Assembly: GCA_958296135.2 (NCBI GenBank)
Contig: CATQHZ020000001.1
Coordinates: 4,608,001-4,672,000 of the forward strand
DNA length: 64,000 bases
Direction: 5' to 3'
Source of the DNA: an uncultured Poribacteria bacterium
Lineage (GTDB): Bacteria; Poribacteria; WGA-4E; WGA-3G
Part shown: positions 1 to 9,671 of the stretch, one piece after another
How the letters are laid out: each line of letters begins with the position of its first letter
How positions within the stretch are numbered: position 1 is the first letter of the stretch
Program-made: the position numbers and the translations under genes
The notes under the pieces: model-generated
Seen by the model: the letters and a program-made list of their open reading frames with translations, nothing else
Database searches by the model: none
Told to the model about the DNA's origin: nothing

Positions 1-2860
1 ACATATGCCTCGGTGAAACTGGTGCAAACCGCAGCGGATGGCACCACCACCGAAATCGCGGGGAAAGCCGGCGAACTGAAACTCACGGTGGATGCCGGCG
101 CGTTAGAAAACGCGCAGTATAGCTTCCAAGCCCTAGCGGTGGATGCTGCTGGCAATGTCGAAGATACTGCTTCTACCACAAGCACTGTTGTCAATGTTGC
201 TAACTTCCGGGTAGAGGACATCAGTGACACCGCAGTGACAGCTGTTGATGGCGTGAACGTCGAGAATCCGGCAGAACCTATTCCCGCGCGCGACTCTGTC
301 ACGGTGAGTTTCACGGTGGCCAACGGCACCGTCGCAGTTGAGGAACTGAGCGCAACTATCAACGGCAATGCAGCAGCAAGCCAAACGGCAGAAGGACCGG
401 AAAATACCTTCGCTGTAAAGGTAGATGTTTCGGAACTCACCGAGGGCACCTATACGCTCCAAGGCGTAGTAACCCAACGCAATGGGTCAGTATCCTTTGA
501 TCTATCTACAATTACGGCAGCGTTTGAAGTCTTGGCACTTACCGTAGATCCTGCGGCAACAACGAATCCAGACAGTGGCGCACCGCAAGGCATGCTCACC
601 GTCAATGGATATACGTCGCAACGCGCCACCTCGGAAACCACCGCCATGCGGTTTGAAGCAAAGCGGAGCGGAGACACCGACTGGAAAGTCATCAACACTA
701 CAGATGAAAGCACCTCTGTGGCCGTGGAAGGACAGGAACTCGTCGGCATTATCGAAGACCTGGTAGGCATTGCAGCCAGCGGGAAAGAGGAAGTGCCGAT
801 TGCTACCACCTTCCGGAAATGGACAGCGTCGGTTGACACAACGGAATTGGAAGACACTATCACCGCGGATAGCCCCGCTGCACGCGACGTATCCAAGGAT
901 GATAACACCTATATGGTACGCGCTGTGCTGATTGTCAATGGCGCGGAAATCCCATCACCCGCGGGTGTCACGGCGACATTCTCTGTCGACAACGTCGATG
1001 ATGTTGCGCCGTTAGGGCCAACTGCTATTTTCTTAGTCGAGGATAGTGCCGGTGTCATCGCACCGGATGGTAGTGGGGCCTACAAGGTGGGTGGCATCGT
1101 TGATGACTCAGTGGCATCACCTGTCGCCACGTTTACCATCCAACCGACAGCCGCGCCCAATACGTATGCCTCGGTGAAACTGGTGCAAACCGCAGCAGAT
1201 GGCACCACCACCGAAATCGCGGGCGAAGCCGGTGAACTGAAAATTACGGTGGATGCCGGCACATTGGAAAACGCGCAGTATAGTTTCTACGCCCTAGCCG
1301 TGGATGCTGCCGGCAATGTCGAAGATACTGCTTCTACCACAAGCACTGTTGTCAACGTTGCTAACTTCCGAGTGGAGGACATCAGTGACACCGCAGTGAC
1401 GGCTGTTGATGGCGTAAGCGTCGAGAATCCGGCAGAACCCATTCTCGTGCGAGACGCTGTCACGGTGCGTTTCACGGTAGCCAACGGCACCGTCGCAGCC
1501 GAGGAACTGAGCGCAACTATCAACGGCAATGCAGCAGCAAGCCAAACAGCAGAAGGACCGGAAAATACCTTCTCGTTGACGGTAGATGTCTCAGAACTGC
1601 CCGATGGCAAGTATACCCCCCACGGTGTTGTTACGCAACGCAATGGCGCGGTATCCTTTGAATTGGTACCCATTACGGTAGCCCCGCAAATCGAGGCCAT
1701 TACGGTTGACGCTGCGGCAACAACGAATCCAGACAGCGGCGCACCGCAAGGCGTGCTCACCGTCAATGGATATACGTCGCAACGCGCCACCTCGGAAACC
1801 ACCGCCATGCGGTTTGAAGCAAAGCGGAGCGGAGACACCGACTGGAAAGTCATCAACACTACAGATGAAAGCGCCTCTGTGGCCGTGGAAGGACAGGAAC
1901 TCGTCGGCATTATCAAAGACCTGGCAGGCGTTGCAGCCAGCGGGAAAGAGGAAGTGCCGATTGCTACCACCTTCCGGAAATGGACAGCGTCGGTTGACAC
2001 AACGGAATTGGAAGACACTATCACCGCGGATAGCCCCGCTGCACGCGACGTATCCAAGGATGATAACACCTATATGGTACGCGCTGTGCTGATTGTCAAT
2101 GGCGCGGAAATCCCATCACCCGCGGGTGTCACGGCGACATTCTCTGTCGACAACGTCGATGATGTTGCACCCGTCGGACCGACTGTCATTCTCTTAATTG
2201 AGGATGCCGCCGGTGAGATTATCCCAGATGAAAATGGTGCCTATACGGTAGGTGGCATCGTTGACGACTCGGTGGAGTCACCTGTCGCCACGTTTACCAT
2301 CCAACCGACAGCCGACGACGACACGTATGCGTCGGTGAAGTTGGTGCAAACCGCAGCGGATGGCACCACCACCGAAATCGCGGGTGAAGCCGGTGAACTG
2401 AAACTCACGGTGGATGCCGGCGCGTTAGAAAACGCAGCGTATAGCTTCCACGCCCTAGCGGTGGATGCTGCCGGCAACGTGCAGACAGATGAATCGCCCA
2501 CAACCACTGTCAACGTCATCAACTTCCGATTGGCTGACATCAGTGAACTGGCAGTAACAGCTGTTGACGGTGAACCTGTGGCGGAACCGCCTGCAGAACC
2601 GATTCCACTCACAACGTCAGTAACGGTTAACTTCACAGTTGCAAACGGCTCACTGAGCCTAGAAGATGTGACAGGAGCAACTGTTAATGGCAGTGAAATG
2701 CCACTCGAAACTGCGGAAGACCCGGAGAATACCTTCGCATTGACGGTAGATGTGTCCGGATTGCCCGACGGGCTCTATACACCCGCCGGTGTCATCACCC
2801 AACGGAACGGTTCAGTCTCCTTCCCGCTTTCCGCGAGTGAAGCGATGATTAACGTGGATA
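1..2860 (+). repeat. Intragenic tandem repeat, 1161-bp (387-aa) period, about 2.5 copies visible
   Basis: Positions 1, 1162 and 2323 each begin ac(a/g)tatgc(c/g)tcggtgaa; 571 matches 1732. Long stretches are near-identical. Confidence 0.9.
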
Positions 2861-4713
2861 ACACCGCGCCGATGGTAACACTCGAGGCTCCGTTAGCTGG
2901 ACATACGATTGATAGTCTGCCTACCGTCCTCGCTAAATATGACGATGGCGCAGGCAGCGGTGTTGACGGAACTACCGGTAGCGTGGCATTGATGCGCATC
3001 CGGCCAAACGATGCCGAAGATGAAGTCGTTGACGTAGAACCGACAGCGATTGAGAAAAACGGGACCGAGTTAGTCTACACCCGCAGTGAACAACTGCCCG
3101 GTGGGGCATATCGTGTCGTCGTGGAAGTCGCCGATATCCTCGGAAACGTCGGTGAGGCTTCGGTTGAATTCGCCATCAGTGGCACAATTCCCACAGTCGC
3201 GATTCAGGCACCTCTCTCTGGGCAAACGTTTGAGCATGGCACACCGCTTATCAGTGGCGAATTTTCTGGTGCCGGTACGTTGACGGTAACGACATTTACC
3301 GTTGACGGTGCGGACGCAACGCCAGTGATAGACGGAAACCGATTCTCTTACACGCCTGCAGATGCGTTGGCCGATGGCGAGCACACCGTCGCTGTTGTCG
3401 TCACGGATAGCAACGGCAAAACGGCGCAAACATCTGTCACCTTCATGGTGGAAATGCCGAAAGATACGACACCGCCTGTCATCTCCGAAGCAGCACCTTC
3501 TGGGCTAATCAAGGGTGACAGCTGGGTGACTATCTCCGCCGTTGTAACAGACGAGCAATCGGATGTCGTCACCGTGCGGTTCGGTATAGACGATAAACCG
3601 CTTCGCTCCGTGCCTCGCGCGCAAATCGCTGAAGGACGTATTAACGTCGCTGACAGTTTCACGCCAGGGACGCACGCGCTCAAAGTGGTTGCAATCAGCG
3701 AAGGTGGCACAACGGAACATTCGTGGACGTTCACGCTCGTCGTTGATAACGTCGCACCGACAATCACCTCCATTACGCCATCCGGCACTGTCCGCGCTGG
3801 ACTCCCGACAATATCGGCGAGTGCCAACGACGAATCCGGCGTTGACGAAATGTCTATCGTCGTGATGGATAGCAATGGCAAAGAGGTAAAAGGCAACGAC
3901 GAAGACGATGGAGAAGACGATGTCGAAGGCATCACCCGCATCGACTTCATGCCAGAGAATCCTCTTGATGAGGGGACTTATACGATTGAAGTGCGGGCAA
4001 CGGATACCATCGGAAATTCCGCGACAGCAAAGGGAACTTTCACCGTTGATTTCGACACGGCTGCCCCAGTCATCACGATGTCATCCCCACAGCAGGATGC
4101 ACGCTTGACCGAACGCCGGCCGACGATTACAATCACCTTCGCCGATGCCGAATCCGGGGTGGATGCCGATTCCATCAGATTCGTCGTCGACGATCAGCTG
4201 ATTAACCTCGCACCGCAGCAGAAGTCAGCGTCACAGGTGGTTTATGTCTCACCGACTGACATGGCTTTCGGCAAGCATAATGTTAAACTAGAAGTGTCTG
4301 ACATGGCGCACAAAGAAGGCAACGTCTCCGATAAGAACAGCGATGCCCGAAAGGCGAACATGGCAGTCCACGAGTTTAGCTTCTTTGTTGAGAGCGAGGA
4401 AGGGCCCGTCTTGGCAGCCCGTCCGATTAATGCTCCTAACCCGTTCCAGGAGAATACTCGGATTTCCTTCACGCTGACCCGGCAATCCACGGTGAGCATT
4501 GTCATTTACGACATGACGCTCCGGCCAGTTCGAGTGCTGGTGGACAACGAGGTCTGGGATGCAGGCGAGTATATTGGCAAGAATGCAATCGGTTGGGACG
4601 GAACAACAACCGGTGGCGAAGACTTAGCTCGGGGCATCTACTTCTGCCAGATTCTGGTGGCAGACGGGTTTGAGCCGGAATACGCTATTCTGAAGCTCGC
4701 CCTGACGCGCTAA
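1..4713 (+). CDS. Giant repetitive Ig-like (Big) domain surface protein with C-terminal FlgD-Ig/T9SS-like sorting domain; 5'-partial
   Basis: Frame is open from position 1. Thr/Ala/Val-rich beta repeats with AVDAAGN and DTTPPVI motifs. C-terminus reads NAPNPFQENTRISFTL...IYDMTLRPVRVL...WDG...GIYF. Confidence 0.85.
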   Translation, partial: TYASVKLVQTAADGTTTEIAGKAGELKLTVDAGALENAQYSFQALAVDAAGNVEDTASTTSTVVNVANFRVEDISDTAVTAVDGVNVENPAEPIPARDSVTVSFTVANGTVAVEELSATINGNAAASQTAEGPENTFAVKVDVSELTEGTYTLQGVVTQRNGSVSFDLSTITAAFEVLALTVDPAATTNPDSGAPQGMLTVNGYTSQRATSETTAMRFEAKRSGDTDWKVINTTDESTSVAVEGQELVGIIEDLVGIAASGKEEVPIATTFRKWTASVDTTELEDTITADSPAARDVSKDDNTYMVRAVLIVNGAEIPSPAGVTATFSVDNVDDVAPLGPTAIFLVEDSAGVIAPDGSGAYKVGGIVDDSVASPVATFTIQPTAAPNTYASVKLVQTAADGTTTEIAGEAGELKITVDAGTLENAQYSFYALAVDAAGNVEDTASTTSTVVNVANFRVEDISDTAVTAVDGVSVENPAEPILVRDAVTVRFTVANGTVAAEELSATINGNAAASQTAEGPENTFSLTVDVSELPDGKYTPHGVVTQRNGAVSFELVPITVAPQIEAITVDAAATTNPDSGAPQGVLTVNGYTSQRATSETTAMRFEAKRSGDTDWKVINTTDESASVAVEGQELVGIIKDLAGVAASGKEEVPIATTFRKWTASVDTTELEDTITADSPAARDVSKDDNTYMVRAVLIVNGAEIPSPAGVTATFSVDNVDDVAPVGPTVILLIEDAAGEIIPDENGAYTVGGIVDDSVESPVATFTIQPTADDDTYASVKLVQTAADGTTTEIAGEAGELKLTVDAGALENAAYSFHALAVDAAGNVQTDESPTTTVNVINFRLADISELAVTAVDGEPVAEPPAEPIPLTTSVTVNFTVANGSLSLEDVTGATVNGSEMPLETAEDPENTFALTVDVSGLPDGLYTPAGVITQRNGSVSFPLSASEAMINVDNTAPMVTLEAPLAGHTIDSLPTVLAKYDDGAGSGVDGTTGSVALMRIRPNDAEDEVVDVEPTAIEKNGTELVYTRSEQLPGGAYRVVVEVADILGNVGEASVEFAISGTIPTVAIQAPLSGQTFEHGTPLISGEFSGAGTLTVTTFTVDGADATPVIDGNRFSYTPADALADGEHTVAVVVTDSNGKTAQTSVTFMVEMPKDTTPPVISEAAPSGLIKGDSWVTISAVVTDEQSDVVTVRFGIDDKPLRSVPRAQIAEGRINVADSFTPGTHALKVVAISEGGTTEHSWTFTLVVDNVAPTITSITPSGTVRAGLPTISASANDESGVDEMSIVVMDSNGKEVKGNDEDDGEDDVEGITRIDFMPENPLDEGTYTIEVRATDTIGNSATAKGTFTVDFDTAAPVITMSSPQQDARLTERRPTITITFADAESGVDADSIRFVVDDQLINLAPQQKSASQVVYVSPTDMAFGKHNVKLEVSDMAHKEGNVSDKNSDARKANMAVHEFSFFVESEEGPVLAARPINAPNPFQENTRISFTLTRQSTVSIVIYDMTLRPVRVLVDNEVWDAGEYIGKNAIGWDGTTTGGEDLARGIYFCQILVADGFEPEYAILKLALTR

Positions 4714-4819
4714 GCAAATAGGTGTCTACCTAATCGGGGAGTCAACGGGCACCCGTTCACTCCCCGATGTGGACGCTGAAGGACTCGCGACCGGCAGGTC
4801 GCGCCTACAGGAGGATATA

Positions 4820-5809
4820 ATGTCTATAACAAAGCAAATTGCGAGATGGGGCAAGCAGTGCCCTACATTGCTATGCGGTTTAATACCCGTTTTGTTTCTT
4901 ATCCTAGCCGTGTCACCGGTCAGTTTCGCTGGCGTGAATGCGATGCCGCACTTGAAGTTAGGTGCGGGGGCACGTTCCATTGGCTTGGGCGGTGCCTTCA
5001 CGGCGATTGCCGATGATGCAACAGCCACCGTTTGGAATCCAGCAGGCCTCGGTGCTGGGCAGGATAGCCTCAACTTTTCTACCCAGCGGCTCTCCCTGGA
5101 TAGGACTCATAACTTTCTCGCCGTAACGAAATCCCTCGGCAGTGGCGCGCTCGGACTCGCCGTGACAAACGCCGGCGTGAGCGGTATCGCGCAATACGAT
5201 AAAAATGAACGATACGGCGGCGAATTCAACTACAGCGCAAACGCGTACTCCCTCTCTTACGGCCACGGATTTGGCCACTTCAACATTGGACTCAGTGCCC
5301 GGATGCTGATGGACAACTTCGGCACAGAAGGTGTTGAGAACCAAAGCGGTTTCGGCGGTGTTGATGTCGGGTTGATGGGACACGCACTTGCCATTGACGT
5401 GGGGGAAGAGCAGGTGCCAACGTTCCATTATGGACTCGTTGCGAAATACCTCGGCGCATCCCTCGGTGATGACACAGTGCCAATGGTTATCAACCTGGGC
5501 GTAGCCTATGACCTCTACATGGGCAACGTTGTCACCTTCGCAGCCGATCTTGAACACGAAATGGTGGCCCTCGATGAGAGCACCACCGGCATCCGCCTCG
5601 GTGCTGAATACACGATTGTCACCTACAAATCCACGGCGTTTTCCCTCCGCGGCGGTGTCAGAGCCACGCGCGACGTGCAGAACCTCTTCGGCGGATTTGG
5701 CGTGAACATCGGCGGCTTACAGATTGACTACGCTATCCAAGATGGCATGGCGAGCGAAATCAACGGAGTCGGAACAACGCACTTTGCGTCCCTCTCTTAT
5801 AGTTTCTAG
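4820..5809 (+). CDS. PorV/PorQ-family outer-membrane beta-barrel protein
   Basis: Motif LKLGAGARSIGLGGAFTAIADDATATVWNPAG, C-terminal Phe (SLSYSF), RBS aggagg before ATG 4820. Confidence 0.85.
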   Translation: MSITKQIARWGKQCPTLLCGLIPVLFLILAVSPVSFAGVNAMPHLKLGAGARSIGLGGAFTAIADDATATVWNPAGLGAGQDSLNFSTQRLSLDRTHNFLAVTKSLGSGALGLAVTNAGVSGIAQYDKNERYGGEFNYSANAYSLSYGHGFGHFNIGLSARMLMDNFGTEGVENQSGFGGVDVGLMGHALAIDVGEEQVPTFHYGLVAKYLGASLGDDTVPMVINLGVAYDLYMGNVVTFAADLEHEMVALDESTTGIRLGAEYTIVTYKSTAFSLRGGVRATRDVQNLFGGFGVNIGGLQIDYAIQDGMASEINGVGTTHFASLSYSF

Positions 5810-5884
5810 TAGACAAACGGAACGTATGCACCGGTAGGCGCGCTTTGGAAGCGCGCACGGTTGCATAAGTCCTGAAGGAGAAAC

Positions 5885-6751
5885 ATGATGAAAATGATAA
5901 GAGCCACGCTGAAGTTGGCACTGGTTCTCTATATTTGCGCAGCACTCAGTGGCGTTTACGTGTTATCCGCCTCCGCCAGAATCACACCGCACACAGGCGA
6001 CGAAGATACCATGTTAATCACCATTGAGAAGGGTGACACGCTCTGGCACCTCTGCCAAGAGCATCTGAAGGACCCGCTCCGCTGGCGCGAACTGAGCAAG
6101 TATAACGATTTCACGAATCCGCACCTCATCTACCCGGGCGAAGAACTCCGCATTCCGGTAGCGATGGCCAAAGAGATAGTTCAGGCGGAAGAGGAAGATG
6201 TCGTGATGCAGCAGGAGGAGCTCGAGCAACTTCGTGCGGAGTTGGCAGAGTCCGAAGCGACGCGCGAGAAACTGATGGCGGAAATCGAAGGGCTCAACGA
6301 GAATATGGAGGAACTCAAAGGCGAACTCAAGGCACTTGAGGAAAACCTGAAATCACAAGAGAATCTGATGGAAGCGGTGAATGAATCCGCAGACGAACTC
6401 GGTTCTCACGTGAAAGAGGCACTTGAAGCCAACAAAGCCGCTATCAAGGCGAAACTCGCACACCTTGACGAGCATCTCGAAGCGTTAGGGGAGATGCTTG
6501 AAAAGCGCAAAATGAGCGCAGCAGCAACCCACAAACTTATTGAAGAAATTCAAGGGAATGTGGCGATGTCTTTGGAACAGATTGAGATGAGCCAAAAGGG
6601 CATCGCCGAAATGAAAATGATGCTCAAGGACGCGAAAGGCGTGCATGAGGAAATGTCCTCAGGCAAACGGACTTTGGTGTTCCTGACAACGGCCGCGGCG
6701 GGAATCGGATGGCTCGCCATCAATCTCATTGGCGGACGCAGCGGCGAATAA
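5885..6751 (+). CDS. LysM-domain, long coiled-coil, C-terminally membrane-anchored protein
   Basis: Signal peptide, LysM (IEKGDTLW...NPHLIYPGEELRIP), Glu/Lys heptad region, C-terminal hydrophobic helix. Confidence 0.8.
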   Translation: MMKMIRATLKLALVLYICAALSGVYVLSASARITPHTGDEDTMLITIEKGDTLWHLCQEHLKDPLRWRELSKYNDFTNPHLIYPGEELRIPVAMAKEIVQAEEEDVVMQQEELEQLRAELAESEATREKLMAEIEGLNENMEELKGELKALEENLKSQENLMEAVNESADELGSHVKEALEANKAAIKAKLAHLDEHLEALGEMLEKRKMSAAATHKLIEEIQGNVAMSLEQIEMSQKGIAEMKMMLKDAKGVHEEMSSGKRTLVFLTTAAAGIGWLAINLIGGRSGE

Positions 6752-6938
6752 GAAACCTCTCCGTCGCACTCGGGAGCTCGTTCCTACCTCTATAAACAGG
6801 CCGTGCCTAACGGCACTGTTATCGGATGTCCATCTCGACTCCCCATTTAGGCAGGGAAGGTGTTTCAGACACCCTCCCTGCTTTTTTATAGTTTTCGTTA
6901 TTGCATGGTGTCTTATACAAGGATACCCGACAAAATTT

Positions 6939-7607
6939 ATGAAAACCTCAAGCGTCTGTCAATTCCCACACCTGCTCATCACGAAATCCATCCAACTCTA
7001 TGGCGATAGAGCCGGGAGCAAAGGAAATTTCAGGTTCGCCGGGCTCGCTTGGATACAGGGAGAAAAAACCGTTTTTATCCAAGGCGACGCACAGAATCTT
7101 GCGAAACCCGCCGAGTGGCTGCGTCTCCATCGACTCGCTACCCTCGCACACCGATTGAAGAAACCGATGGTTTTATGGAACCTGCCGATGGTTCGCGTTG
7201 CGACAGCGCACCCACCAGCCTCCTTAGCTCTCGCGCACGCAATTCAGAAGACTGAACTGCAACTGCTCAAACTGCCGCACCCTATCGTCACAGTTTTTGA
7301 TGGCACAGTCAAGTGGGATATGGCGGAACTCGCATGGAGAGATGGAGCGGTGCTGATGGCACCGGCGCGCGACAAGGGACAGGTTTCCTTCACCTTACGG
7401 GATGAAAGCACAGTTTCATCCATGCAGCCGAACCTGAAAATCGCCGCACACACAGACGAACTTCTGTCGCACCTTGCTGCGTTATTGCGGGACCTCTCCG
7501 CAATGCCTGCCACAAAATTGATTGCAAATCGGCATGAATCTCTGCGGAAAAATGCACGCGTGAACAGCGCACCTACCCAAACAGAACCAGGTGTTCAGAA
7601 TGTTTGA
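6939..7607 (+). CDS. Degenerate acetyl-CoA carboxylase carboxyltransferase alpha (AccA)-like protein
   Basis: LYGDRAG..AGLAWIQG, PAEWLRLHRLATLAHRLKKPMV and AHAIQKTELQLLKLPHPIVTVFDG line up by eye with AccA segments; the GEGGSGGAL motif is absent. Confidence 0.55.
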   Translation: MKTSSVCQFPHLLITKSIQLYGDRAGSKGNFRFAGLAWIQGEKTVFIQGDAQNLAKPAEWLRLHRLATLAHRLKKPMVLWNLPMVRVATAHPPASLALAHAIQKTELQLLKLPHPIVTVFDGTVKWDMAELAWRDGAVLMAPARDKGQVSFTLRDESTVSSMQPNLKIAAHTDELLSHLAALLRDLSAMPATKLIANRHESLRKNARVNSAPTQTEPGVQNV

Positions 7608-8223
7608 AGCAAAATTGAGACCGCGGCTTGAGACAGCCCTCGCCGTTGTCGCAAACAAAATGGTTGCAATCGGCATCACGGCGAATATGGTGACGCTCTT
7701 CGGGTTCGTGGTGAACCTTATCGCAACCTTTTTCTTCGCAAAGGGATATCTTGTAACAGGGGGGATTCTCATGCTGCTCGGCGGAAGCTTTGATACGCTC
7801 GATGGAGCAGTCGCTCGGGCCCAGAACCGCCTCCGGCCATCAGGCGCGCTCCTCGATTCTGTCATCGACCGGTATTCGGAAGGCTTCCTCTTCCTCGGCG
7901 CGCTTATTTACTTCTACGGGTTAGAAAGCCTACTAGGGATAATCCTCGCGTTTGGCGCATGGTTCGGTTCAATTCTAGTGAGTTATGTGAGGGCCAGAGC
8001 CGAGGGACTCCAGATAACCTGCAAGGTGGGGTTCATGCAACGCCCAGAACGCATCATCCTTTTCGGGGCCGGCACGCTCCTGCAAGGCGTGCTTTGGCAT
8101 AAATTTCCCCCCCTCCAAGCGAATGGCATGATTCTGCTTTGCACGCTTGGCATCCTGACGCTCGCGTCGCATATCACCGCCATCCACCGGTTGATTTTTT
8201 CATTCCAAGAATTGGGCCGTTAG
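7600..8223 (+). CDS. CDP-alcohol phosphatidyltransferase (PI/PIP synthase-like)
   Basis: Family motif DTLDGAVARAQ..SGALLDSVIDRYSE, plus SYVRARAEG and RPER. Confidence 0.9.
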   Translation: MFEAKLRPRLETALAVVANKMVAIGITANMVTLFGFVVNLIATFFFAKGYLVTGGILMLLGGSFDTLDGAVARAQNRLRPSGALLDSVIDRYSEGFLFLGALIYFYGLESLLGIILAFGAWFGSILVSYVRARAEGLQITCKVGFMQRPERIILFGAGTLLQGVLWHKFPPLQANGMILLCTLGILTLASHITAIHRLIFSFQELGR

Positions 8224-8358
8224 CCGTAACGCAGCCCCGTAGCGCGAGGGCCCGGCAATCGCGAATCGCCGAGGGTTCCCCTCGCGAACTCTTAACCGAA
8301 ACGCATGGGCATGGCGAGGGACAGCCCTCGCCCTACAAGTGATGAACAGCATACGGAA

Positions 8359-9231
8359 TTAGCCAAGCCCGAGGAGCGACACGATATCCAAACCAAAAGG
8401 CTTCAGGATGAGGTTTGCTGAGTAGGCAAGCACGGTAGCGACAAGCACCCCTTTAATCCACCCTTCGCCCTTTGCGACTGCCCAGTGGCTGCCAATCCAC
8501 GCGCCGGTGGCGTTACCGATAGCTAAGGTTATCCCTAACACCCACACAATCTGGCCTTTGCTGATAAAGATGCCGAGCGCGATAATCGTATAGGCGAAGA
8601 TAATAAACACCTTGAGCGAACTGGTAATCACCAGGTCATCGCCATCAATAATCCGCAAAGCCGCGATAATCAGCAAACCCGTGCCAGCCTGAATGAACCC
8701 ACCGTAGATGCCGATAAAAAAGAGAACAATGCCCGTGATGATTTTGTGGTGCGTGTCGCCAGGGTTGATTTTATCGTGCAGCCACTCCGTCGGATTGAAT
8801 AGCGTTAAAAGCAGCATGCTCACGAGGACAACGGCGAGAATCGGCTCAAATACTTTATCACCCGTTCTTGTCGCGAGAAAGGCACCGATCGCCGCCCCTG
8901 CAACCGCCGGGATTGCGAGGGCAATGGCATAACGGAAATTTGAAACCCCCTTGTTCCGGAACCCAAGAATAGCACTGAGGTTTTGAAAAAGGATTGCCAC
9001 CCTATTCGTGCCGTTCGCGTACGGTGTCACATTCTTATTCTCGGCAGCACTACCTGCCGCCGGGAGCGTATCGGCGAGAGCCGGGAGATCTAACAAAAAA
9101 ATCAGCATTGGCAGTGTCAACAGAGAACCGCCGCACGCAAGCGTATTCAGGAAGCCCGCTAACACGCCTGTCCCGAGAAGCAGGGCGAGGTATAAAATAT
9201 GGCTCTGAATGAACTCAAGCAATTCAAACAT
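8359..9231 (-). CDS. TauE/SafE sulfite exporter family membrane protein
   Basis: AGFLNTLACGGSLLTLP, ANGTNRVAI and GIYGGFIQAGTG motifs; multiple TM helices. Confidence 0.85.
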   Translation of the reverse strand: MFELLEFIQSHILYLALLLGTGVLAGFLNTLACGGSLLTLPMLIFLLDLPALADTLPAAGSAAENKNVTPYANGTNRVAILFQNLSAILGFRNKGVSNFRYAIALAIPAVAGAAIGAFLATRTGDKVFEPILAVVLVSMLLLTLFNPTEWLHDKINPGDTHHKIITGIVLFFIGIYGGFIQAGTGLLIIAALRIIDGDDLVITSSLKVFIIFAYTIIALGIFISKGQIVWVLGITLAIGNATGAWIGSHWAVAKGEGWIKGVLVATVLAYSANLILKPFGLDIVSLLGLG

Positions 9232-9544
9232 TTGTGTTTTTTCCCTTTCGTGACCCGCGGCGGGAAGCCGAACGCGAGACAGCGCGGTTTGAACGCCGCT
9301 GTGTCGTCTTCGCGAGTCCCATTAAGAAAACGGCGACAAGATTGCCGAACACAACCGCGCATCCGAGCCCTGTGAGCAACAAAAACCCGCCGATGCGAAG
9401 CAAGCCATCGCCAAACGGACAGGCCCACCTCGCACTGAAAATAGCGAACGCGGGAATGAGCACTCCAAGCATAAATCCCACAACCGCAGCGATACCGGCG
9501 ATGTTCTGATATTTTTTCAACGCCGGTAATTGGACTTCAAACAT
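9224..9544 (-). CDS. Small two-TM hypothetical membrane protein
   Basis: RBS gaaagga, two hydrophobic helices, overlaps the start of the downstream tauE-like gene. Confidence 0.65.
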   Translation of the reverse strand: MFEVQLPALKKYQNIAGIAAVVGFMLGVLIPAFAIFSARWACPFGDGLLRIGGFLLLTGLGCAVVFGNLVAVFLMGLAKTTQRRSNRAVSRSASRRGSRKGKNTNV

Positions 9545-9671
9545 TTCGTATCCTTTCTACATCCTTTTCGATTTTGACATGGCGAGGGACAGGCCCTCGC
9601 CCTACGATAACCAACCCTTACTCCCGTAGCGCGAGGGCCCGTCCCTCACAAACTCGCAACGGAAAAGGGCG

